The translations under genes and the position numbers were made by a program. 64,000 nucleotides of DNA from an uncultured Hormoscilla sp. Lineage in GTDB: Bacteria > Cyanobacteriota > Cyanobacteriia > Cyanobacteriales > Desertifilaceae. Shown one piece after another: positions 1 to 12,914 of this stretch (within the stretch, counting starts at the first letter, position 1; every line of letters begins with the position of its first letter). The stretch is from contig OZ001293.3 of NCBI GenBank assembly GCA_963921275.4, forward strand, positions 5,984,001 to 6,048,000, read 5' to 3'. The notes under the pieces are model-generated. The model searched no databases. It saw only the letters and a list, made by a program, of their open reading frames with translations, and was not told the DNA's origin.

Positions 1-239
1 CGAGGCAACGCCAGCTAGCAAACTAGCTATCACTAAAAAATAAGGTGGTTCGGGAATATAATACACAAACAACTCCTATCTTGCTAATTGATAATTGCTA
101 ATGGCGAATGGCTAATTGAGCAATTTAAATTTCCAATTGCCCCATTTTCCATTAGCCATAGCGCGTAGCGCTTGCACGCGCAGGACCGGTAGCCTGTCGG
201 TGCGGCACTGCGTATACGCCATTCGCCAACCTACAATGA

Positions 240-1982
240 CTATCCCTTGAAGGCGACAACTGAGGGCAACAGGGCCGCCGCTCTTTCTCTAGAGAAGTCT
301 GTCAGAGCACCCCAAGCTACATCTAACAACCGACTCGGTTCCAAGTCAACCTTGATCAGATCCCAGATCCTTTGCACTTCTTCCGTGTGCAGGCGATCGT
401 CTTCTGTCAGGGCCAACAGCAGCTGCCGCCGGATAAACCTACCTTCATCCGATAGCAGATATTGTAGACCTAGCTGGGCTGTGGGCATCAGGTCGAAGCC
501 GTAGTCGTTGCGGGCGATCGCAATCATATTTTCCAGCCGGTCCCATCGTAACTTGCCATCTTTGAACAGCACCTCCAGCAACCGCCGCCGCAGTTTTGGA
601 GATTCCCCCGTCAACAGACGCCGGGCCACATAGGGATAGGCCACTTCGACAATTTTGAAATTCGCATTTACACTCAGAGCCAACCCTTCCTGAGTCACCA
701 GAGAACGAATAATCAGAGCAAACTTAGCCGGGACGCGGAAAGGATAATCATACATCAGTTCCGAGAAGCGGTCAGTAATCGTCTTGAAGTTAAAGTCCTT
801 AACGCTTTCAGCGATCACATCTCCCAGCACCGCTTCCAAGGCCGGGACAATCTCATAAATATCGACATCTGGAGTCAAAAAGCCCAACTTGACAAAATCG
901 GATGCCAACTCAACATAGTCTTTGTCGATCAGATGCACCACCGCATCCACCAGAGTTTCCTTAGTTTCCTCCTCCAGCTGATCCATCATCCCGAAATCAA
1001 TATATGCCATCTGGCAACCGTCCTGCCACTTGACAGGTTCCCGTTCTCGATCCACCGGACATTGAGGCGACAGAGCAAACAGATTTCCCGGATGGGGGTC
1101 CGCATGAAAAAATCCATGTTCCAGCAGCTGTTGCAGACCTGTGGTGACCCCGATCCAGATCAGGGTATCGGTGTCTAGTTTTTGCTTGGTAAGCTCCTCA
1201 GTATCGGTCAGCTTAAATCCATTAATCCACTCCAGGGTGAGCACCCGCTTGCTGCAATAGCGCCAGTATATAGCTGGCACTTTTACCAAGGGATTATCGC
1301 GGAAATTATTGGCGAATTTTTCCGCATTGCGACCCTCGTTGAGGTAATCGATTTCTTCAAATAACTTAGTGCCAAATTCATCTACAATCTCAGTCAGCTC
1401 GTGTCCCAGATTCAGAGGCAACCACGGACCAAAGCATCGGGCCCCCCACCGCATCAGGTAGAAGTCCAGGGTCAGAATGGGGATCAGGTTGGGCCGCTGT
1501 ACCTTGATGGCTACTTCTTCGCCGCTGTGCAAACGTCCTTTGTATACTTGGCCCAGACTTGCTGCTGCCACCGGTTCTGGAGAAATTTCCCTGTAAAGTT
1601 CTCCCACGGCTTGACCCAGTTCCAATTCTATCCGCTTCATTGCTACCGTGGTGGGAAAGGCTGGCAACCGATCTTGCAGCTTCACCAGTTCATCTAAGAA
1701 GTCTTTGCGAACTAGGTCTGGTCGCGTGGACAGGGCTTGTCCCACCTTAATATAGGTTGGTCCCAGACTGGTGAGCAGCTGCCGCAGTTGGGCAGCTCGT
1801 TTCAACTTCTGCTCGCTGCTCCTATTGGTCCATTTGTCCCACCACAGAGCTAAGATAAAACCGACAAAACACCACAGCACCTCCAGCGATCGCCCAATGC
1901 TCTGCCACGGACGCCTTCTGTAATACTGGGCGATCGCCTGCTGGTCGTATTTCGACAGCTGCTCTAGTTTATGCTGCTTCAC
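240..1982 (-). CDS. ABC1/AarF/UbiB family atypical kinase
   Basis: 580-aa ORF with ABC1 motifs LGPTYIKVGQALSTRPDL, AAASLGQVY, VAIKVQRP, FFHADPHPGN and DFGMM. Confidence 0.93.
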   Translation of the reverse strand: MKQHKLEQLSKYDQQAIAQYYRRRPWQSIGRSLEVLWCFVGFILALWWDKWTNRSSEQKLKRAAQLRQLLTSLGPTYIKVGQALSTRPDLVRKDFLDELVKLQDRLPAFPTTVAMKRIELELGQAVGELYREISPEPVAAASLGQVYKGRLHSGEEVAIKVQRPNLIPILTLDFYLMRWGARCFGPWLPLNLGHELTEIVDEFGTKLFEEIDYLNEGRNAEKFANNFRDNPLVKVPAIYWRYCSKRVLTLEWINGFKLTDTEELTKQKLDTDTLIWIGVTTGLQQLLEHGFFHADPHPGNLFALSPQCPVDREREPVKWQDGCQMAYIDFGMMDQLEEETKETLVDAVVHLIDKDYVELASDFVKLGFLTPDVDIYEIVPALEAVLGDVIAESVKDFNFKTITDRFSELMYDYPFRVPAKFALIIRSLVTQEGLALSVNANFKIVEVAYPYVARRLLTGESPKLRRRLLEVLFKDGKLRWDRLENMIAIARNDYGFDLMPTAQLGLQYLLSDEGRFIRRQLLLALTEDDRLHTEEVQRIWDLIKVDLEPSRLLDVAWGALTDFSRERAAALLPSVVAFKG

Positions 1983-2137
1983 GCTCTTGCCTCTTAATTC
2001 AACAATTGTTGCTTATTGCAAGCGACCCTTTCCCGCCATCACAAACCCGATGTGGGAATGTCACTTCTAGAAGTTAGGTTATTTAAATCAACTGGGGATC
2101 GGTTGGTTTTTTATCTTTTTCTTTAAGATACTTTAAT

Positions 2138-2314
2138 CAATAGTCCGGACCGTTTTGGCTGTACGTAGCTGCAAGCCTTGCAGCGTGAGCCTTTGCTCGA
2201 TAGAGCAATTTTAGGCAAGTTAGCCCTGGGGCAAACATTGAAAAAATAAGGCGCTTTTGGCTGCAACCCTTGTGTTGTGGTCGAAATAGGGTCTAAAAAC
2301 TATCCGGAGTATTG
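2138..2314. mobile_element. MITE (177 bp) with terminal inverted repeats and 6-bp target duplication
   Basis: Ends CAATAGTCCGGA / TCCGGAGTATTG (11/12 inverted match); TTTAAT directly repeated on both sides; no ORF. Confidence 0.7.
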
Positions 2315-2578
2315 TTTAATAATCTACACATTTTTTAGCGCTAATGTCAAGTTTGATTAATTTTTTGCAGTTTTTGGGCAACTAAGCTGAGAAAAACCAG
2401 ATTGCCGATAGCGGCAATAGAGAGAGCTTATTGAGAAGAGAGAGAGAGCCATTATCTTAGGTGTAAACATTCAGGGTGTAAAATCGCGCCAAACCATTGT
2501 AGTATAAGGATGTAAGCTCTCTGGGCTATAGTACAACTTCAAGCAGGCTGACTTATTTTCCTGACCCAAGGTATTAAA

Positions 2579-5246
2579 CTAAGCCAACGGGTCACCCCGC
2601 CGACTCGTCTTCAGAACCGGACGTGAGACTTTCACCTCATCCGGCTCCTCAGTTTCGCCATCCTTGTCATGGATACGGCCTTTGTCACCATCTCTGGCAG
2701 ACTTTACATCATGGCAATAATCATGCAGCAACTGTAGGTTGGTATACCAGTCTTTACCTCCTTTAGAAACTGGTAGAATATGGTCAACCTCCCATTTGTC
2801 GCCATCTTTGAATTTCAGTCCGCAGTGCACACACTTACCATCCTGCTCTTTTAGCAGTCTGATAACTCTAGCGCTCACATCCGGGCTTTTTCTCAGTCTT
2901 TTGCTCCAATAAACCAGATTACCGTCAAACGGGCTAGCTGTCCCCTTAACCTTTACGTGTCTGTGCGATTCGTTCTAGCCTAACGTGGTCAAACACGGAA
3001 CGCTAGCCCGGTTTCATTAGCCGGGAACTCTGACCGCATGGGGGTTAAATTCCCCTCCCCCCAGGTACGGGGGTGACACCGGTCCTCGGTGCTACGAAGC
3101 GACATCATCGTGGTGCTAAGCGAGGACTCAAATGTAGGATAACTGGCAGCCTAAGCCGGTGACGCCGCTAGGAAAGATATCCAAGGTTAGAGCAGGCAAA
3201 CATGTGCAAGCCTCGTTATAAGGAACCAGCGAAATAAGGCTATATGCGCTGGCCTAAAAAGGAAATGGTAGCTAGTATTAGTTTTAGACTCTGGCTAATA
3301 TAGTACTCAAATAGCTCCCGGGGTATAGTGTGGACCTAAAGGTATCGCGAAATGTTGTTAGGGAACGAAGTAACCTCTCGTGTGCTGTCCATCAGGACAA
3401 GTTAGATGTTAAGCGCAAGCCACGGGGGGAGAGATGGCCCAAGAAGCGAATGCCCGGGGTAATTCCTGGGATAACATCTACAGTAATGTAGATGATGCTG
3501 GGTAGCCAGCGCTGACGTGGGTCGGTGATACTAGGAAGCTGCTGGAATGAGTAATCCTAAAAAGCCACGGAACTAATCCGAAACGCAAGTGGAGGATAAG
3601 GTATGGATAACTGGTAAAACTGACTTGAAAATGGTGATACTAACGGTTATCAGAACAACCACTCGCTAAACCAGGAAAGGGAAGAAAAGACAGGCGGCAA
3701 GGGCTAACGGAAGTAATTCCTATTAAGTCTACCTATGAAAAGGGCCTAGTACCCAGTAGCCGGATGCGGTGAAAATCGCAAGTCCGGTTCCTCAAGGGAG
3801 GGTCGGGAAGCGATTCCCGGCTCGACCCCATCCGATTATTTCAGTTTCAGAGTATCGGTTTAGCTTCATTCCTCCATCTTCTTTAGACTTGCCAGCGAAC
3901 CTCCACCGGTCTTTCCCGGTCATACCCCAGTACTTACTAGCAATCCATTTGCCCGTTTTGTTAGGATGTCTTCTCTTTGCCCATCGCCATAACAACTTCC
4001 ATAAGTAGTTATCCATAGAGCTGTAAGTTTCTTTACTTACCACCGTCCTATAATAGTTGCTCCATCCCCTTATCATCGGGTTTAGTCTTGCTATTAAGGC
4101 CGTTTGCGGTGCCCCTTTATGGCGGCGAACTATCTCTGATAGCTGCTCTTTATGATTCCTTATGGATTTATCGCTAGGCTTGATTAGGGTCTTGAATCCT
4201 AGGGGGGTTCCGTTACAGAGTTTGCCGCTTCTGTGTTTCCCTACTTTATATTGTCGGATATTGAACCCTAAGAAGTCAAATCCAGGGCTCTCTCCTTCCA
4301 ATGTGTGGGATATCTTCGTTTTCTCGGCTTTTTGCTCCAGCCCTATTCCCTTCAACCACTCCTCAATCACTCCTTGAGCTTCCTCAATCATCGACCGGTC
4401 ATTATGTATTACCACAAAGTCATCCGCATATCTTACTACGGTTAACTTCTCCTTCTCTCTTTTTGTGTGAGCGAGACCCATTACTACCCCTTCCAGCCCA
4501 TGTAAAGCTATATTGGCTAGTAATGGAGATATAACCCCACCTTGGGGAGTTCCGGCTTCTGTGGATTCCATCCTTCCCCGGTCCATCACCCCAGCTTTTA
4601 GCCATGCCCGTATTTGTTTACGGATTGGTGACGTAGTATTCAATTTCTTTAGGAGCGCGGAATGGTCAATTTCGTCGAAACACTTCGCAATATCCGCATC
4701 TAACACCCATTTCGATTTTTGACTGATGCTAGCGAATATCGCTGCAACTGCATCATGACATCCCCTACCTGGTCTAAACCCGTAGGAATTGGCTTTCATA
4801 TACGCTTCCCATTCAGGCTCTAGCGCTTCTTTAACCAATCCCTGAAGTGCGCGGTCGTGCATCGTTGGTATTCCTAATGGCCGCTTCTCCTCCCTTCGTG
4901 GCTTCGGTATCCACACTCTTCGTGTGGCTTTTGCCTTCGCCTTTCGAGTAACTTTGATTTGACCTACCAGTTCGATACGTTCTTTTGGGGTCAGTGCTTT
5001 CACACCATCCACACCAGCCGTCTTCTTTCCCTGGTTTTGTTGTGTTACCTGCCGTACCGCTATCATCTTCGCGGACCATGACCTATTTAGTAATCCTTGG
5101 AGCTTACGAACCTTCTGCTTATTACCTTCCAGTGCCGCTCTGTAAATTCGCTTTTGCAGCTTAAAAACTATCCTTTCCAGCTTTCGCCAGGCGACAGTCT
5201 TCCATTCATACTCTTGTCTTTCGACTAAATTCCGTGACATATTCAC
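2579..5246 (-). pseudogene. ltrA: Group II intron RT/maturase/HNH protein interrupted by an antisense ORF-less intron
   Basis: PQGGVISPLLANI and YADD motifs; removing 2963-3833 rejoins SETEII|RHVKVKG in frame into a 598-aa ORF ending in an HNH domain (CVHCG..VDHILP..NLQLLH). Confidence 0.92.
2963..3833 (+). mobile_element. ORF-less group II intron, family A (871 nt), nested antisense in the RT-1 ORF
   Basis: Starts GTGCGATTCGTTCTAGCC; DV TAGCCGGATGCGGTGAAAATCGCAAGTCCGGTTC; ends CTCGACCCCATCC; near-identical to the other family A copies; no long ORF. Confidence 0.93.
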
Positions 5247-6371
5247 TACTACTTACAACTTCACAATTGACGAGACCGTGAGGGCGTCAGCTTATCCTAT
5301 CCATTACAGACAGGCATTTGCTTCTCCACTCAATCTCCCCCAGTTGCGTCCTGCCTTCCGGAGAGCAGATGTTACGCCTGTGGTGGCTACTCCATCTATC
5401 GACCGGTGATGGAGAGTGCTACAACCGGGTTACTTCGTTCCTACAGATGATTGGTCGTAACCTTAGACGGGTTCTCTACGCCGGGTTTATTGTCAGTGCT
5501 TATTGGTCGGGTATACATCCGCCAATGACCAGTATCCTTTCCCTTTTTGGGCCAGTGTATCAGCCTTATTACACTGGATAGGCTTTACGACGTTGCAAAC
5601 CTTCGCTTTACGCTCATCATAGTTACTTGCTCGACGATGACCGGTCTAGGCTCCCAGCCATAGCGCCTTTCCTTCCCGCTTCACGGATTGATGCCATCGC
5701 TACCGTGGGGAGGGTGCTGTCACTCCTGCACCTGGAGGGGCGGGCTTTCACCACCATCACCTGTAAGTTCTCGGGACTTACGAAATCCCGGTAGCGGTCC
5801 CCCTCCTTGACTTGTGTCAAGTTAGTTTACGCTAAACGAATCGCACGTATACTAGCTTATATGACCTTTACTACTGCACAGAGGACCGACTCACTGACAT
5901 TCGCCGGGTATCAGCGTAAAGCGGGACAAAAAAACTGAAAGTCATGAGTAGAAAAAAGCACAGTTGAAAAAAATACCTGCGACATGTCACAGGTATTGGT
6001 ATCCTATCCGAAGTAAATCTTCTTCTCGGGAACGATGAGTTTGAATATACGAGAAGAAGGCGAAAAAGTTGCCAAATGTCTCCAGAAAGAGGGTGTCAAA
6101 ACCTTGACTAGGAATTGCTGAGAGCACCGGTCTACCCAAAAGCAGCGTCGGGCGCCATCAGCAAGGGATGGCGCGTCGAGCTCAGCATCGGTGAATCTTC
6201 CTGGTGGGAAACAGAGGCTATCGGCACACAGGAGACATCGCAGTGTAATTGGCCGTCAGTCTATCCAATTGAAAAAACAACACCCAAAACTAACTGAGGG
6301 ATTAGCCAAGACAACTGAACAGACCAAGGGTGCCGAACTGACCGAAGCGCTCTGGCAACTGGAAGTCCAGC

Positions 6372-8045
6372 GTGCGACTCGTTCCGGCATAAGTAGATAT
6401 ATCTACGAAAGTCGGGCCCGACTGGTTCGGGCAACTCTGGTCATCATGGGGGTTAAATTCCCCTCCCCCAGGTACGGGGGTGACACCGGTCGGAGGTGCT
6501 GCGGAGCAACATCACCGTGGTGCTGAGCGAGGACTTAAATGTAGGATAGCTGGCAGCCTAAGCCGGCGACTCCGCGCTTGTTAGAGGCTCATGGTCAGAA
6601 CAAGCAAATCTCTGTAAGTATCGTTAACCAGAACCAACGAAAAGGCTGATTGCGCTGGCCCAAAAAGGGAAAGCAGTTCGCGTCTCAATAGTGCTGAATT
6701 ATTGATATCGTACCCTCAACAACTGCCGGTATATAGTCGAGACCTAAAAGCCTCGTGAAATGATACCAGGGAACGAAGTAACCCCCGTGGTGCTGTCCAA
6801 ATGGACAAGTCAGATGTGAAGCGCACGCCCACGTGGGGAAGGATGGCCTAAGAAGCAAATGCCTGGGCGGTGTCTTCCGCATGCGGAAGACGCCGGGTAA
6901 TGCCTAGGATAAGCAGACGTAGGTCGGTGATAGTTGGAAGCCTTGGGAGAAAGTAACCTTAAAGATGCTGTGATGCTCGGGGGAAACCCAAATGGGTCTG
7001 ATAAGTCCAACAGGACGAAGGGGTAAAATTTCATGAGGCAAGGGACAACGGGAGTAATCCCCAGTAATTCTACCAGTGATAAGGACCAACTACCCAGTAG
7101 CCGTATGAGGTGAAAGCCGCTCTTTGGATGGGGTCGAGCCGGGAATCGCTTCCCGACCCTCCCTTTCGGAACCGGACTTGCGATTTTCACCGCATCCGGC
7201 TACTGGGTACTAGGCCCTTTTCATAGGTAGACTTAATAGGAATTACTTCCGTTAGCCCTTGCCGCCTGTCTTTTCTTCCCTTTCCTGGTTTAGCGAGTGG
7301 TTGTTCTGATAACCGTTAGTATCACCATTTTCAAGTCAGTTTTACCAGTTATCCATACCTTATCCTCCACTTGCGTTTCGGATTAGTTCCGTGGCTTTTT
7401 AGGATTACTCATTCCAGCAGCTTCCTAGTATCACCGACCCACGTCAGCGCTGGCTACCCAGCATCATCTACATTACTGTAGATGTTATCCCAGGAATTAC
7501 CCCGGGCATTCGCTTCTTGGGCCATCCCTCCCCCCGTGGCTTGCGCTTAACATCTAACTTGTCCTGATGGACAGCACACGAGAGGTTACTTCGTTCCCTA
7601 ACAACATTTCGCGATACCTTTAGGTCCACACTATACCCCGGGAGCTATTTGAGTACTATATTAGCCAGAGTCTAAAACTAATACTAGCTACCATTTCCTT
7701 TTTAGGCCAGCGCATATAGCCTTATTTCGCTGGTTCCTTATAACGAGGCTTGCACATGTTTGCCTGCTCTAACCTTGGATATCTTTCCTAGCGGCGTCAC
7801 CGGCTTAGGCTGCCAGTTATCCTACATTTGAGTCCTCGCTTAGCACCACGATGATGTCGCTTCGTAGCACCGAGGACCGGTGTCACCCCCGTACCTGGGG
7901 GGAGGGGAATTTAACCCCCATGCGGTCAGAGTTCCCGGCTAATGAAACCGGGCTAGCGTTCCGTGTTTGACCACGTTAGGCTAGAACGAATCGCACAGGT
8001 TCCGAATGGGAGGGTTCCGAAGCGATTCCCAGCTCGACCCCTACC
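6372..8045 (+). mobile_element. ORF-less group II intron, family C (803 nt without its nested intron), DV disrupted
   Basis: Starts GTGCGACTCGTTCC; shares domain I blocks with family A (GGGGTTAAATTCCCCTCCCCCAGG, GGAACGAAGTAACC); ends CTCGACCCCTACC; EBS1 GCTGAA vs 5' exon TCCAGC. Confidence 0.85.
7126..7996 (-). mobile_element. ORF-less group II intron, family A (871 nt), nested antisense in DV of the family C intron
   Basis: Reverse complement of 2963-3833 with a few substitutions. Confidence 0.93.
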
Positions 8046-8170
8046 AGCAACGCACCGAAGAAGATCAAAGGAGCTACCGTCAGACCCTCCATGCTATCAC
8101 CCAAGGGATTCATCCCTTCGATCAAAGAAGCGGACACTGGCAACTGCGGCAGGAGTTATCTAATTGTCTG

Positions 8171-9822
<1,652 letters not shown>

Positions 9823-10630
9823 TGCCGGGTAGTAGTCCAGAAAAATGCCCTCTTTGTTCAGGCGAAACATCAAGTCCGGGATCGCGTTTACTAGGCTGCG
9901 ATTTTTCGCCTCGCTACAACCCAATGCCTCTTCTGCATGCTTGTGTTCTGTGATATCAAATTTGATGGCTAAATATCGGTATGGTTTTCCTTTTTCATCC
10001 ACAAAGGGCACTACGGTAGTATCTAGGTTGTTCACTTTGTTCGATGGCCCCGAAAAATCTTTCATGCACTTTTTCTGTAGGGTGATGAGACCGTGGATCG
10101 CTTACTATATATGAATTGTAGGCGATAGGGTCTCGCAAGCTCCCGGAGTAAACGATCGGGCCGGAAAATTGCCCAGAATAAACACCCTAGGTAGGATCCA
10201 CCCAATAATCGGTGCCATCTTTGGCTTTATTCTTGATTTCCCCTTGCCAAACTAACCCAGCTTTAATCCGCGACCAAAACTCCTCAAATAACTCTTGGGG
10301 ATGATAACCTGAATTTACGATCCGGTGGGTTTTTCCCAGCACTTCCTCTCGACTATACTTTGAAACTTCGCAAAATTTCTCGTTTACATAACTGATCCTT
10401 CCCTTGTCGTCCGTTATGGCTACGATCGTCGCTTGCTCCAAGGCCATTTTCATCTCCGAGAACTCTTTGATGGTTTGCCGGAGTTTTTCATTCCTATAAT
10501 TTTGAGTGGCGATCGCCGAAGATTCTATGGCCTTTTTTGACTCTGACCCCATATCATCCGCTTTTCCCCACTCTACCCAACAATTGGAATCATTATACTC
10601 CATTTTTTCGCTTTCTGGAGCCTGAATCAA
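9823..10630 (-). pseudogene. PAS/PAC-domain sensor protein, fragmented
   Basis: PAS motifs (AITDDKGRISYVNEKFCEVSKYSREE..WQGEIKNKAKDG..YWVD; DTTVVPF..AIKFDITE) split over two ORFs and cut by the IS end. Confidence 0.75.
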
Positions 10631-10683
10631 AAATTATCGCCGACTATCTAATTTTTTAATTAAAACTTAATCTTTCTGGGGAA

Positions 10684-11490
10684 TCACAGAGAAACTTCGG
10701 AAATTTCAGCCAGAGAAAGCAAGTGGTGGCGTGAGGCTGACAGAGGGCCCTTAGTGCGCTGACAGCGAACCGCAAACTGACAGGATTTGCAAAGAGGCGA
10801 TGTTTCTGGGACTTGAGGAAAAGGAATCCCGGCTTGGTAATCTTGCAACCAATCAGTCACCTGACGCAACAGTTTGCTCAAAATAGCTTTAGTGCGCTGA
10901 TGTTGAGCTTCACTATAAGCGAATTTGAGACTTTGAGGTTCAGGTTTGTCAATCTGGGAAGCTTGAGACTGGACAAACCAGTAAGTCATGGATATTTGCT
11001 CTGGCAAATATTCGCTAGTTTCAGCCAGCACAAAGGGATACAGACGAGTTTGCCAGTTTTTTCCTAACCGCGCGGGGTTTTGAGGACGGGGATAGGTTTT
11101 CCAATCCAAAACCTGGGCGTCCAGGTCATCTAAAATTAATAGGTCATAAACAACAGTCAACAAATAGCCGCTGATATTGAGAGTGCGGCAATGTTCGCTC
11201 TCCCGGAAGGTCTGGCTAGTAGAAAGGGCGGTGGTAAAAATCTCTGGTACCGCAGTCCTTAACGCTTCCAAGCAACGTCCTAACTCGGCCTCTTTGGAAA
11301 TCAGGGATTCTACTGGCAAACCCAGTTCTCGCTGCTGCATTAACAGGTGAAAGCGCTTTCCCCAAGCGATTGAAGCCTGTTGTTCTGGGGTTGCCGGTGC
11401 CGCCAACTGCTCTAAATAACTGTATTGAAATTTGCGGGGGCAGGTTTCTAAAAGATTTAACTGCTTTTGAGACAAGTGAAACATTCTCAT
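10684..11490 (-). CDS. PD-(D/E)XK nuclease family protein
   Basis: 268 aa; CPRKF, VYDLL..LDWKTY and C-terminal CKSCQF..RC. Confidence 0.85.
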   Translation of the reverse strand: MRMFHLSQKQLNLLETCPRKFQYSYLEQLAAPATPEQQASIAWGKRFHLLMQQRELGLPVESLISKEAELGRCLEALRTAVPEIFTTALSTSQTFRESEHCRTLNISGYLLTVVYDLLILDDLDAQVLDWKTYPRPQNPARLGKNWQTRLYPFVLAETSEYLPEQISMTYWFVQSQASQIDKPEPQSLKFAYSEAQHQRTKAILSKLLRQVTDWLQDYQAGIPFPQVPETSPLCKSCQFAVRCQRTKGPLSASRHHLLSLAEISEVSL

Positions 11491-11500
11491 TTGTCCATGG

Positions 11501-12103
11501 CTAATTGTTAATGGGTTTGGTAACTTTAGTTAAAACGAACACATTGCCCTGATTTTCCCGACCAATGCGTAAATTATTGTCTAAATAGGTTATATCTAGC
11601 CAGCCTTGTTGTTCCCGACCCTTGATGCTAAAATCCAAGGGCGGGAACTTTTGGCCGTTCTCGATTTTGGCGATCAAACTTTCCGGAGAATTATAGCCCA
11701 CCAAGCGCTGCAATCCCAAGATTGACCTTTCAAATTTTACCTCCACCCGGCGATCGCCCACCGGTGAGAAGCGAGCCCCAACACTGACGATGCCTTCAAG
11801 ATAGGGCAAGCCCTGAACCTCGGCAATGTTGTAGAGTTTAGCCTCTTGGCATCGGATGCATTGATATATTTGACCAAGTTTGAACAATGGCAGCCGACCA
11901 ATGCTCAAAATGTCGGCACTGCTGGTGTATAGCAGACACCAATTGCCTTCCAGCAGATCCCCAGCAGCAGTCGGTTGGGGAGTGGGGTTGCGGTCTTCTA
12001 GCTGGGCAATAGCTGCCAGAATGGCCAGCTTATCCGTTTCTATTGCCAGTAAGCCGCGATTCTTACCGGCGATCGCCTCGATCAAGGTAGCTTTCCCGAT
12101 CAT
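11501..12103 (-). CDS. PAP/fibrillin family protein
   Basis: KNRGLLA..LEDRNPTP..LLEGNWCLLYTS; GWLDITYLDNNLRIGR; start placed at MIGKA with upstream GGAGG. Confidence 0.88.
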   Translation of the reverse strand: MIGKATLIEAIAGKNRGLLAIETDKLAILAAIAQLEDRNPTPQPTAAGDLLEGNWCLLYTSSADILSIGRLPLFKLGQIYQCIRCQEAKLYNIAEVQGLPYLEGIVSVGARFSPVGDRRVEVKFERSILGLQRLVGYNSPESLIAKIENGQKFPPLDFSIKGREQQGWLDITYLDNNLRIGRENQGNVFVLTKVTKPINN

Positions 12104-12373
12104 GATGCTGACCTCCGAAATAAAAAGAGAAATATCTGTTCTCAGGTTGTTGACTTGTGGGGTTAGACTCCTCACAAAAGCCCAACAATATCATACCACC
12201 TAGTATGGACATCGATCGCCAGTATCGACGGTTACATACTGACTTACCCCCTAGAGAAATAAGGAGAAACCATCGGATTTCGGCATACGTCCTCTAAGTA
12301 GAAGGTATTTTATAGTGATAGACTAAATATTGATTTGGTGGTAAAGTTTCACAGACTTGCAGGAGCTTTCGAT

Positions 12374-12598
12374 ATGAACAACCCATCTCTGCGGGAAGCA
12401 CCCCGTTGGAAACCAGCTGAGGTCATAGCCGTGAACCGAGACTCTTCCCTGATCCACTGGTTGGAAGCCACGGGGCGGATGTCGGCACCAGAACGCAATG
12501 ATGATACAGAATTCATCCCGGAAGACGAAGTGGGAGAAATGATGGATAGTAACTTCGACGGGTACGAGGAGTCCGAAGAAACCGGAGATGAAGATTAA
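12374..12598 (+). CDS. Small conserved cyanobacterial protein (DUF3134-like)
   Basis: MNNPSLREAPR..SSLIHWLEATGRM with acidic tail; usual position upstream of mraY. Confidence 0.7.
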   Translation: MNNPSLREAPRWKPAEVIAVNRDSSLIHWLEATGRMSAPERNDDTEFIPEDEVGEMMDSNFDGYEESEETGDED

Positions 12599-12914
12599 GT
12601 AAGCTGTCGTGCATCGATGCCGTCGGGGTGTCGCTCGATGCCTCCGGAGAGCGCTATTCGCACTACTCCGGAGACATCTTACCCGCACTACCCCTCGCGC
12701 ATCGATCGTTCATTGCATATTTGGCTATCGCCTAAAATCGTGGCAGCCCTTGACCCATAAGCGTTTCAGCCAGAATGGTCATGGTCAATATGTAATTTAA
12801 TACATTACAACTTACCCTCGTCAGGGGACGGTGGGGAATCTGTCACCCACCGGAATCAAAATTACTCGATCTACAGTCAAATAGAAAATATAGTGGAGTG
12901 ATGGGAGAATTGTC

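Larger units (their letters stand above)
2573..5846 (-). mobile_element. Group II intron RT-1 (IIB/chloroplast-like, RT-encoding), outer intron of a twintron
   Basis: 5' GTGCGATTCG at 5846; DV GAGCCGGATGAGGTGAAAGTCTCACGTCCGGTTC and DVI ending TTAGTTTAAT at 2573; EBS1 GTATAC (5511-5516) is fully complementary to the 5' exon ...TAGTATAC. Confidence 0.93.
6036..8170 (+). pseudogene. Transposase-like remnant (resembles DUF6399-type), split by introns and cut by an IS
   Basis: Frameshifted N-terminal HTH-like segment (..SSWWETEA); LEVQ|QQRTEEDQRSYRQTLHAITQGIHPFD rejoins in frame across 6372-8045; family assignment by recollection only. Confidence 0.5.

Noticed and set aside
2963..3833. 871-nt repeats as MITEs or IS elements
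   Set aside because: They have no terminal inverted repeats or target duplications, and they have a GTGCG start, DV, DVI and EBS1-IBS1 pairing.
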